Translations under genes and position numbers: made by a program
Notes under the pieces: generated by a model
The model's database searches: none
What the model was told of the DNA's origin: nothing
The model's input: only the letters and a program-made list of their open reading frames with translations
NCBI GenBank assembly: GCA_051453625.1
Contig: JBOZIK010000001.1
Coordinates: forward strand, 7,474,687 to 7,494,987
Length of the DNA: 20,301 nucleotides
From: Welwitschia mirabilis
Lineage: Eukaryota
Reading direction: 5' to 3'
Part shown: positions 1 through 9,390 of the stretch, piece after piece
How the letters are laid out: each line of letters opens with the position of its first letter
Position numbering within the stretch: position 1 is the stretch's first letter

Positions 1-2
1 AA

Positions 3-420
3 AAGGATAACTCTAAAATCATAAGATGAGTTCTTCTAATGTAAGAATTTGATTTAAAGATAATAGACAAGAAAGGAATAACACATATAGTAGTTGATAA
101 TCTATTTAGGCTAGAATTCCTAAATGAATAAGGATATTTAAGTATAAAGAAAACTTTTCTAGGTTATCATTTATGGAGTATTCAAAAAAATCTCTATTTT
201 ATAAAGATAGATAATTTTGATAAGTAAAATCCAAAAAAGATATCATAAGGAGATATGTTGAGGAGAAGTAACAGAAAAACATTCTATAAGAAGCTCATGA
301 AGAAGAAGGATAAGAATACTATGGAGGTAAAATGATAGTAGTGAAATTTTCTATTTTTTAAATTAGTATTATCCTTTATTCTTTAGAAATACATATCAAT
401 ATGCTAGACCATGTGATGAA
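3..420 (+). pseudogene. Decayed Ty3/gypsy (Athila/Tat-type, non-chromovirus) pol fragment: RNase H C-terminus, linker and integrase zinc-binding domain
   Basis: Frame from 3 reads KDNSKIIR*VLLM*EFDLKIIDKKGITHIVVDNLFRLE (cf. [40 protein letters not shown]). Downstream it reads DIIRRYVEEK*QKNIL*EAHEEEG*EYYGGK and YYPLFFRNTYQYARPCDE (cf. IIRRCV...CH..P.GGHFGG and FYWPTLFKDA..F...CD.C). Multiple stops and frameshifts. Confidence 0.88.
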
Positions 421-718
421 TCATGTAAAGATGATATCATCTGAAGAAATTAGTTCTTTACATAGTATGAAAATGAATTAGAGTAAGGAATTTATTAAAA
501 AATTAGANNNNNNNNNNNNNNNNNNNNNNNNNNNNNNNNNNNNNNNNNNNNNNNNNNNNNNNNAATTCTTTGAAGAGAAAATACAAGTGAACTAATATCT
601 TACACAAGGAACCTTTGACTTATTTTTCCAATAAAGAGCTCCTCTAAGATTCCAATTATAAAATCTTTTACTTTTTCATTCTTAAACTAACTTCTAAAGT
701 ATACTTTTCATCTCACCA
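421..718 (-). repeat. Left LTR (3' LTR of the minus-strand mini element); contains an N gap
   Basis: 424-507 aligns without gaps to 1565-1648 (63/84 identities by hand count). AGAGAAAATACAAGTGA..AAGGAACC and TAAAGTATACT.TTCATCT are shared with the right copy. Ends TCATG...CACCA, followed by CTTTCTTTT. Confidence 0.7.
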
Positions 719-1546
719 CTTTCTTTTATTTATGCAACTTTCTTGATCCTCTAAAATTTGCCTCTTACATTTTTACTAGCAATGGAAAATGTATTACATT
801 ATAACTCCCTTCTAAATGCATAGTAAATTCTTACTAAGTAAAGCATTTTGTAACTATCTCCTAAATGCACTATAACTTCATTCTAAATAAAGAATATTTA
901 TTACACTACAACTCCCTTCATGGTAATTACACCTAGTTTTTTTCATTCTAAATAATATAAACTCATTTTAATTTTATTTTATTATGATGCTCTTACATCA
1001 TTCTTTTAGTAGCATGTCTTCATGATAACTATTGGTTTTTCATAATATTTCACAATCCATCATAAGAAGTTTGATTGATGATTTCTTCTTTGGTTGTAAT
1101 TGAGTGAAGTAAGCTACCTCCAATGGACTCTCATAGATCATCATAAAATCTTTAATGGATGAATCTCCTTTGATTTCATATTCTATAAGCTTACATGAAA
1201 TTTACTCATAAGCTATCTCGTATGCCTTCTTTCATTTATATTCATCCTCTTTGCTTTTGTGATTTGTTTTCTTCTTATGTTAATGCTTATTGTATGCTTC
1301 TTTAAATGCCTATAACATTTTTTTAACACCTTGATATACTTGTCATTAATCTTGAAAAAACCTAATGCTNNNNNNNNNNNNNNNNNNNNNNNNNNNNNNN
1401 NNNNNNNNNNNNNNNNNNNNNNNNNNNNNNNNNNNNNNNNNNNNNNNNNNNNNNNNNNNNNNNNNNNNNCTTTAAATTCCTATAACGTTTTTTTAACACC
1501 TTGATACACTTGTTATTAATCTTAAAAAACCCTAATGCTCATAAAA

Positions 1547-1558
1547 GATCTAATACCA
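1547..1558 (-). promoter_or_regulatory. Primer-binding site, tRNA-iMet type (degenerate)
   Basis: The minus strand reads TGGTATTAGATC versus canonical TGGTATCAGAGC (10/12), 3 nt from the LTR boundary at 1562. Confidence 0.65.
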
Positions 1559-1561
1559 TTG

Positions 1562-1868
1562 TGATGTAAAGTTCATAGGATTTAAAGAAATTAGTGATTT
1601 ACATAAGAAGAAAAAGAAGTAAAGGGAGAAAATTATAAAGAAATTATAAAAACTCTAAGAGAAATCTTTATTTCAGCATGCTAACAAATACAAGTTTATA
1701 GTGATGCTTAGTAGAATTTAAGAGAAAATACAAGTGAGCTAAAATCTTGTATAAGGAACCTTCTTTTTATGTTTCTAGAAAAGATCTGCTCTTAAGCTCT
1801 AAATACTTAAGATCTCTTAGTTCACCACTCTCAACACCAACTCTTAAAGTATACTATTCATCTTATCA
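1562..1868 (-). repeat. Right LTR (5' LTR of the minus-strand mini element)
   Basis: Begins TGATGTAAAG and ends TATCA on the + strand; homologous to 421-718. Confidence 0.7.
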
Positions 1869-1950
1869 CTCACTTACCATAATGAGGATGAAGCCACTTG
1901 GAAAATAGAAGACTTTTTAAGACAAAGTTATCCTTTTTTATTAGGTAATT
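1869..1950 (+). pseudogene. C-terminal part of a Tekay/Del chromovirus integrase chromodomain
   Basis: From 1878 it reads HNEDEATWKIEDFLRQSYPFLL, matching the plant chromovirus chromodomain tail H..EEATWE.E..(M/L)R..YP.LF. Confidence 0.8.
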
Positions 1951-2001
1951 TTATTGGTCATGGACATTCTTAAATCATGTTTAAAGGATTAAGGATTCTC
2001 C

Positions 2002-2013
2002 AGAGGGACTAGA
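2002..2013 (+). promoter_or_regulatory. Polypurine tract of the Tekay-like element
   Basis: AGAGGGACTAGA lies ~60 nt after the chromodomain and immediately before TGTAACAAC, the usual Tekay 3' layout. Confidence 0.6.
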
Positions 2014-2570
2014 TGTAACAACTCATAGTTGCCCAGCCCTTTTTTTTCTTTAATATTTGTGTAATACTTAATGGTAACTTTATGCCAAGGTTTATTAGAG
2101 TAACCTTAGAAATCATGTAACATTGTAAGGTAATTTATTCCTTTTAAGGTTGGTTCAAGCATGTGAAAGAATATCTTATTATTAAATATTAAAAAGTTGA
2201 CAATATAATGCTCTTAAAAATTAAAATTTTAATTAGTGGAAGAGTGTCATTGTATCTTGTACATGTTGGAAAAGTGGCATATCTTATGTAAATCAAAGGA
2301 ATGAAAGCTTGGTCTCAACTCTTTAAGTATTTACATTAAATAAATGAACTAAAACTTTACATCATTTTAGTTTTTTTGGGTAGAAAATGTTAGTAAAGAT
2401 TGAAGCTACATTATTTTTGTTAATGCATATTTTTAAGTATTAATGCTTCTATTCTATGTTACTATGCATTGGTTCGAATAATAAAATGATAAGATTTGTA
2501 ATGCTTTTAATATACTATGGAAATTTCTCTTCCCTTCCAACCATACCTCACTTTAGCTATGCATAGTAAA
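2014..2570 (+). repeat. Start of a Tekay-like 3' LTR (right boundary not determined)
   Basis: Starts TGTAACAAC directly after the PPT; non-coding; gives way to the inverted Athila-like LTR at roughly 2450-2600. Confidence 0.5.
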
Positions 2571-2579
2571 TTTCTATGT

Positions 2580-3963
2580 TTTTGGAGGGTTATACTACTA
2601 TTATTAAATAAGATTAATGATTTTAATTAGTAATTTGAATAAAACACATTACAAGGCCATTAATTCCCTAGTCTAAGTTGTTAATCCTAAGTTATGTTAT
2701 GAGGTAGAGTTGTGATCATCTCTCAGGTATGCATCAAAGATATTTCTATACTTTAGCAATTTAACTATTATTAGCATAAGACATACATTAGTATAAGGTA
2801 TAATTCAAATGTTGTAAATTGGTAAAGCACTTGAAAGTATTAGGAAGATTAATACAACATAAGTAAAGAATGCAAAGTAATGAAATTTAAAGTGATCTAA
2901 ATGTAATTAACTTAACAAATTATACCAACCTGTTGTCATCCAAGTTCACACTTATACCCTATATCAATATTAAATCTAATATATTTCCTAGTTAATTAAC
3001 ACCAACATAAGATATAAGGAAGAAAAAGTGAGATATAATTAAGAGAAAGAAATCACATAGCTCAACATTAAGAGTAGTTCTTCTTATAAGTAGATGGATC
3101 CCTTACCTTAAAATTCTTCAATGTCACAAGCAATTTCAATGCTTAGAAGATGGGGANNNNNNNNNNNNNNNNNNNNNNNNNNNNNNNNNNNNNNNNNNNN
3201 NNNNNNNNNNNNNNNNNNNNNNNNNNNNNNNNNNNNNNNNNNNNNNNNNNNNNNNNTTAAATTGATCTAAATATAATCAACTTAACCAATTATACCAACT
3301 TGTTGTCATCTAAGTTCACAGTTATACCCTATATCAATATTAAATGTAATCTATTTACTAGTTAATTAACACCAACATAAGATATAAGGAAGAAAAGGTG
3401 AGATATAATTAAGAGAAAGAAATCACATAGCTCAACATTAAAAGTAGCTCTTCTTATAATTAGATGGATCCCTTACCTCAAAAAATTCTTCAATGTTACA
3501 AGAAATTCCGATGCTTAGAAGATGGGGAAATGATATGTATTAGAGGTTTATATAGGTTTTGATGGTGGACTACTTTAGCTAAAGAACAAACGAAAATGCT
3601 TAAGCTAATATTGTAGCCTAAAATAACATTTGATTCCTTGTCATCCATTAGATTCTTCTTCTAGTGGTATGTACACTAAGTATTTATCCTCTAGTGATAG
3701 GTAAAAATCTAGTTATAGGTAGAATTTTATCATTTTCTAATTTAGTGCTTTAATCTATAATGCTTCTTCTTATAGATGGTAGGTGGAATCTAGTTGTTTT
3801 CTTAAATGCTCCATAATTACTTATTTATAATCCAAATTATTCTTAATTCCTTATCTTAAGTCCTTGACATGGAAAATGCTCAATTTAGATCATTAAGCCT
3901 ATTAAAATTCCTATAATCACACACAAAACCATCATTAAATATGGACAAGTTAGTTGTTTAACA
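2580..3963 (-). repeat. Athila-like 3' LTR (left boundary approximate; length inflated by a gap-flanking duplication)
   Basis: The minus strand from 3963 reads TGTTAAACAACTAACTTGTCCATATTTAATGATGG, similar to TGTTGTAATGCTAATTAGTACGAATTTGATGGTG at 13167. It has a TATA-like CTATATAAAC (~3546-3555, -) and shares an internal motif (3057-3099, 3427-3469) with 13912-13955. Confidence 0.7.
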
Positions 3964-3995
3964 TAGTCACCCACTAAGCATTTGTTAGTCCCTAA
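3964..3995 (-). promoter_or_regulatory. PPT region preceding the Athila-like 3' LTR
   Basis: The minus strand reads TTAGGGACTAACAAATGCTTAGTGGGTGACTA|TGTT, resembling the Athila GGAC...AAGT(T/G)TGGGGG..|TG arrangement. Confidence 0.55.
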
Positions 3996-5165
3996 TAAAA
4001 TAAGCAGAAAGCCATTTCACTTAANNNNNNNNNNAAGATAACACTTCAAGATAATTTCATTATTAAGCATAAAGTGTATTTCATTTAAAATGATCATCAC
4101 AAAAAGATATGCATTAAGTTTAAACATATGACTTTAGTTTATAAAACACATAACACCACATAAAAACTTATTTTTAAAAGATATAGTGAATGAATTATAA
4201 ATTAGCCTCCTCCTAGAGTAATCCATGTATTAGAAGATGTAGAAAAAAGCAAAATGAGAACAATGCTCTTTAGCATCTAAAAGATTGTATTAAGGGTAAT
4301 AGATCATATAGAAGAAAATATACACAGGGTAAAAAGCCAAAAAGAAAACAAAAAAGAAAGTCAAAACAAAGTAAACTAGGGATGAGTTCAAAAATGAAAT
4401 TGATGATAGTGAAGAAAGAAGGTGTTCAAGCATGGGTAAATAACCGAAGTGATGAAAAGAAATAAGTTAATAAGTAAGTGAAAGTATGAGTTTAAAATAA
4501 CTTAAAAATTACCATGAAAATACTAAGTCTAAATGGAGAAAAATGAATACATGAATAAGATTAACTAGCTATGATTTAAATGAGAACCTAACAAAACCCA
4601 CTGGTATATGTCATAAAACTACTTAAGAGTAGAAATTCCAAGCTTAATCTAAGCATCATAGAGAATCATAAGAAAAAAATAGTGATTAAAATAACATCTA
4701 TTGATTATCTTATAAAGCATTAATGTAATATTAGAATAATAATTTAATTTAATCATTTGTTATATTATGAAATAAGACCGTATCAATTCACCTTCCAATG
4801 ACCACTATGCTTTGAATTTTTATTATCTCAATGGGGTATTGAAAAACACCATTTATGATGATGAGNNNNNNNNNNNNNNNNNNNNNNNNNNNNNNNNNNN
4901 NNNNNNNNNNNNNNNNNNNNNNNNNNNNNNNNNNNNNNNNNNNNNNNNNNNNNNNNNNNNNNNNNNNNNNNNNNNNNNNNNNNNNNNNNNNNNNNNNNNN
5001 NNNNNNNNNNNNNNNNNNNNNNNNNNNNNNNNNNNNNNNNNNNNNNNNNNNNNNNNNNNNNNNNNNNNNNNNNNNNNNNNNNNNNNNNNNNNNNNNNNNN
5101 NNNNNNNNNNNNNNNNNNNNNNNNNNNNNNNNNNNNNNNNNNNNNNNNNNNNNNNNNNNNNNNNN

Positions 5166-5167
<2 letters not shown>

Positions 5168-5215
<48 letters not shown>

Positions 5216-5239
5216 CGTGCGTGTGTGTGTGTGTGTGTG
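5168..5239. repeat. (TG)n microsatellite with a short (GCGT)n interruption
   Basis: Directly visible, ~72 bp. Confidence 0.98.
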
Positions 5240-5494
5240 ATGAGAAAGTACGTTACTACATTAATTGACTAGAGATTTCAATATTGAGTGATCATTGACA
5301 AGGTAAATTAATAAGTACATAGCTAAAGGTAAGAATTAGATCTAACATAATATGTGATTAAGTAAATAAAACATAGGAGATAACACTTATAGACNNNNNN
5401 NNNNNNNNNNNNNNNNNNNNNNNNNNNNNNNNNNNNNNNNNNNNNNNNNNNNNNNNNNNNNNNNNNNNNNNNNNNNNNNNNNNNNNNNNNNNNN

Positions 5495-5536
<42 letters not shown>
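5495..5536. repeat. (GT)n microsatellite; second copy of the same locus across a 100-N gap
   Basis: Directly visible; followed by the same ATGAGAAAGTA..TTACTACATTAATTGACTAGAG flank as 5240 onward. Confidence 0.97.
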
Positions 5537-5539
<3 letters not shown>

Positions 5540-5957
5540 ATGAGAAAGTAGATTACTACATTAATTGACTAGAGATTTTAATATTGAGTGATCATTGGTA
5601 AGGTAATTTAACAAGTACATAGTTAAAGGTAAGCATGAGATCTAACGTAATCTATGATAAAGTAAAAAAAACATAGGAGATGACACTCATAGATATGGAA
5701 ATGTCTTTAATATTAGCTAAAATCAAATCTTTATCTCTATAGGCATCCAAAAGTAAAAGTACTTCTAGGAAAACTCAAATGAATTTTAGCATAAAATCAA
5801 GTAAGTAAGTGATCAAGTAGTAGAATAACTCAACTAAAGGATTTGATTAAGAAATAATTTAGAGGATGGAAAAAGGAAAACCTTCCTCTTAGTTAAGGGG
5901 ATCTTCCAATTTAATTGCTTTTATCATGTTTATAATAAAATAAGAATCATCAAGTGA

Positions 5958-6755
5958 TTAATAGAGTTTTAACCATGACCCATCAACTTTTAGTTTTTTC
6001 TTAGTATTTAGGTTATAAATCTAAAGTAAGCCATTAGGATGCACTTCCTCTGTATAAGGACCTAACCAATTAGAAGTTAACTTATTGTGAATAATATGCA
6101 CTCAGGTGTTATACAATAATACTACTTAACTTGCTTTAAATAACTTTTGCAAAAGTTTCTTATGAGGGATATCCTTATCTTGATCTTTATGGATGTGATA
6201 TTTATGAATAGCATGGGTTTACTTCTCATTGAGGTATTGTAAATATGCTAGTAGTAATTGAAGATTCTCATCAAGATTAAGAAGATTAAGTTGATGTACC
6301 ATTTTATATGCATTATAGTACACATCAACTAAAAGAACACAAATATTTCATATAGAATTTCATATGGATAAAAACCAAGGAGAGAAATCAAGAGAATTAT
6401 GTGAACATGTATGATAAGCTCAAATAACATTATTAAGTTTGAGAAACCATGACTTTTTTTTTCTTTGACAAAAGTTTTTTGAACATCTTTTTAATTTTTC
6501 TATTAGAGTATTAGTTCATCCATTAGTTTGAGGATGGTAATCATTGGCCATTCTTTATTTTATTCCTATTGAAAGAAGAAGTTTCCTAAGGATATTGTTT
6601 ATGAAATAAATTTCTTAATCACTAATCAAAACCCTTGAAAAATCAAACTTGTGAAAGATATATGAATGAAGGAAATAACATATAGTTTTGGCATCATTAG
6701 AAGTAGTAGAAATAGCCTCAACCTATTTAATCACATAATTAATAGCCATAAGTGT
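5958..6755 (-). pseudogene. Decayed Athila-like integrase (rve core and GPY/F C-terminus)
   Basis: The minus strand reads LMAINYVIK*VEAISTTSNDAKTICYFLHSYIFHKFDFSRVLISD*EIYF...DYHPQTNG (cf. LVAVDYVSKWVEAIA...NDAK...IF.RFG.PR.IISD.G.HF...YHPQTSG), then VVLLYNT*VHIIHNKLTSNWLGPY...KVDGSWLKLY*, ending at the stop at 5958-5960. Confidence 0.92.
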
Positions 6756-9146
6756 AGGAAAACATTTTAAATCTTAGATATGTGTCCATTGCTTCTTTCC
6801 TATTCTTTTACTACTTGTTATCCATATTAACTCTCCATATCATTAACCTTAACAAATGCAATACAATTTCCATAAATTAACTTCTTTTCAAAAATAAAAT
6901 TGTACACATACCTTCTAGATTGTGACCACTATCCTATGACATAGAAGGTTTTATGTCACATGAATAAAAGTCACATAAAAAAAATATAAATGAGAAAATG
7001 TGCTAAAACATAATCACCCTAATCAACACCATAATAAAATAATAGGAACACCCAAAAAGGAAAACCATGGAATGCATTAGTTTCTAATATTCTCTTTAGT
7101 TGAGTTTTCAAGAAGATAATTTCTAATGTATTAAATTTCAATAATTTAGTTTATCCAAGCTTCTTTAAGCATCTAAAAATGGTTTATGAATGAACATTAA
7201 ATCTAACAATTAATGCACATCTTTAAAAGTATACTTCTTTTCTTAAAGCACATCCCACAGAGAAAGAGTATCCTTCCTCGCATGCATGTTTCTATATTTG
7301 TTGTATAGCTACTTATTTTAATGGTATCAAAAGTTCATTGTGTAAAGCCATTTTTAAATCAATCAAGCATCAGTTATAGAAAATTTTATGTCACTATTAT
7401 AAAATAATGGAATAAAATAAATAGCTTACACATAAGAATTATCAAATACTTGTGGTTTTGTATATCGTTTGAGATAGTAGAACTTAATGATAACTACATT
7501 CAAGTTAAAAAGAATAGAACTTGAGAAAAAGATGGAGGGTTATCAAAGTAACTTGAAAAATACTTTGAAATCCAAACTAGACTTGATAAAGAGAGAAATA
7601 ATACAAGATTACATAGGTTAGCACATATATGTGCTCATCCAAATGTGAAAAAAAAAAGATGCTTAGCTAAAAATGGTATGTGCAGTGAAACTTAAAGATG
7701 GTAAACTAGATCCTAACTGATCTTTCAATGAGAAACCTTGGTTAATATGTGATGTTTCTACTACATCATCTCAACAATTGAAGTGTTTTAAACTTATGAA
7801 TATGGATAGAGAAGAAACACTTATGGATATAAAAATTTGAAACCATTCTTTCAGTGAGGCACTGCAAGCATGAAATATTAAACATAAATCTAGTAGTTGT
7901 CATTCATCAACCACAACATTGAAGGATAATTCTAGTAATTGCAAGGCTTTAAGGAAGAGGAATATCATAAAGTTAAATGATTATCTTCAATATGTGTCTC
8001 GTAAGAAGGCATATTGAAAAGAAAACATGGTTAAATTAAGAGCATGTCATATGAAGATGCTAACTGTCATGTCTTAATTTTTCAATAGTTTTACAACTTA
8101 GCCTATAATTTTTTAAATATAAATGAATAATATAGTCTAAGTTAATGTCTTGTAGGCTAAAATATTTATTGCAAGTGGTGAAATATGTATAAGTAATAAG
8201 ATATAGTCTTGTGATTATTTCTTAGAATTTATTTGATAAATGTCTTATCTTGTTTATTTTAATAAAAATAATTGCTATTAAGTTTTCTTTTTCTTATTTA
8301 TGGTAAAATAGTGGTATCTTTTGAAATTTTGACATTTCCTTTTAAATGCCTTATTTGAGTTAGCATTAATGATTATTTTAGAATCTACCATTATGATAAA
8401 GTATTAAATGTACCTAGTGGTTAAACAAAGTAATGATTGGAGGTTAGGAAATCATAATCATTTTTGCCAATTTTTACAAAGATAGTGTCTCTTTGTATCT
8501 TCTTTAAGAAAGTATTTTTTCATATCCTCTTTATCTTCTTGTTATATATAAGACTTACTTTTCTTTTATTCATGTTATTGAAAAACCATTTATTATTAGA
8601 TCTTGACAACCTTGAATCTTGAAGTTTTGGAAATGTAGGAGTCTTGGAAACATTAGAGTCTTGAAATCCTTGAAGTCTTGAGGTTTTTAAAATGTTAAAA
8701 ACTTTTACATTAGATTTTGAGTATGATTCTTGAATTCTTTTTATAGTCTAGATAGATTATTGTTTCTTANNNNNNNNNNNNNNNNNNNNNNNNNNNNNNN
8801 NNNNNNNNNNNNNNNNNNNNNNNNNNNNNNNNNNNNNNNNNNNNNNNNNNNNNNNNNNNNNNNNNNNNNATAGATTATTGTTTCTTAATAAATCTACTAC
8901 TTTCTTAAAAATCTTGTAAAGTTTTAAAGTATGTTACCTATCTATATAAGTTTATAGTCTATGTAAGTAGGATTATTTTTTAAAATTTATTCTTACATAA
9001 CTTCATTTCTTTGTAGGAATTGATACCTTGTTAGAAAAATTTTGTAAAGTATCTTGATAAAAATTTGTGACAATGAATCTTGCATCTTCTTATAATATAT
9101 TATAATCTTCAAATCTTTATGGAAATTAGAATTCCAAAAATCAATG

Positions 9147-9375
9147 AATGAGGTAGTGCAATATGAGAAACCCACATATCACTAAATGAGGTAGTGGGAT
9201 TGATATACTCATAGATCATTAAATGAGAAAGTGGAGAACGAAAAATCCATAAATCATCAAATGAGGCAGTGGAGTATGAAAATATCATAAAGCATCAAAT
9301 GAGGAACTGAGATTAATAGATTCATAGATCACCAAATAAGGCAATGAAATTCATAAATCCTTGAATGAGGCAGCT
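9147..9375. repeat. Degenerate tandem array, ~37-38-bp period, 6 units plus a partial unit
   Basis: AAT(G/A)AG starts at 9147, 9185, 9222, 9260, 9298, 9335 and 9364 (spacings 38, 37, 38, 38, 37, 29). Approximate core CATA(G/A)ATCA(C/T)(C/T)AAATGAGG(C/T)AGTGG. Confidence 0.9.
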
Positions 9376-9390
9376 AAAGAAAAATATATG

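Larger units (their letters stand above)
421..1868 (-). mobile_element. Small non-autonomous LTR retroelement (two ~300-bp LTRs, PBS-Met, no pol), possibly derived from the CRM clade
   Basis: Diverged direct repeats at 421-718 and 1562-1868; PBS-Met-like site on the - strand next to the right repeat; pyrimidine tract (PPT on the - strand) next to the left repeat; termini close to TGATG...CATCA. No TSD found. Confidence 0.65.
2580..6755 (-). mobile_element. 3' half of an Athila-like Ty3/gypsy element (integrase, ~2 kb 3' UTR, PPT, 3' LTR)
   Basis: Integrase at 5958-6755 (-), PPT at ~3964-3976, and an LTR starting TGTT at 3963 on the - strand. The LTR and integrase are homologous to the + element at 13167-20301. 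Confidence 0.8.

Noticed and set aside
412..420. Alternative LTR start at TGTGATG (412)
   Set aside because: These bases fit the integrase frame (PCDE), and gap-free homology to the right LTR starts at 421-424.
4812..5268. ORFs of 142 and 137 aa ending in VCVCVC
   Set aside because: They consist of an N gap plus the TG microsatellite and are not coding.
8993..9175. 60-aa minus-strand ORF
   Set aside because: It is short and low complexity, overlaps the tandem array, and is expected by chance.
9147..9375. CRISPR-like repeat/spacer appearance
   Set aside because: The variable parts are only ~13 bp and related to each other, the repeats are degenerate, there are no cas genes, and the context is plant retrotransposon DNA.
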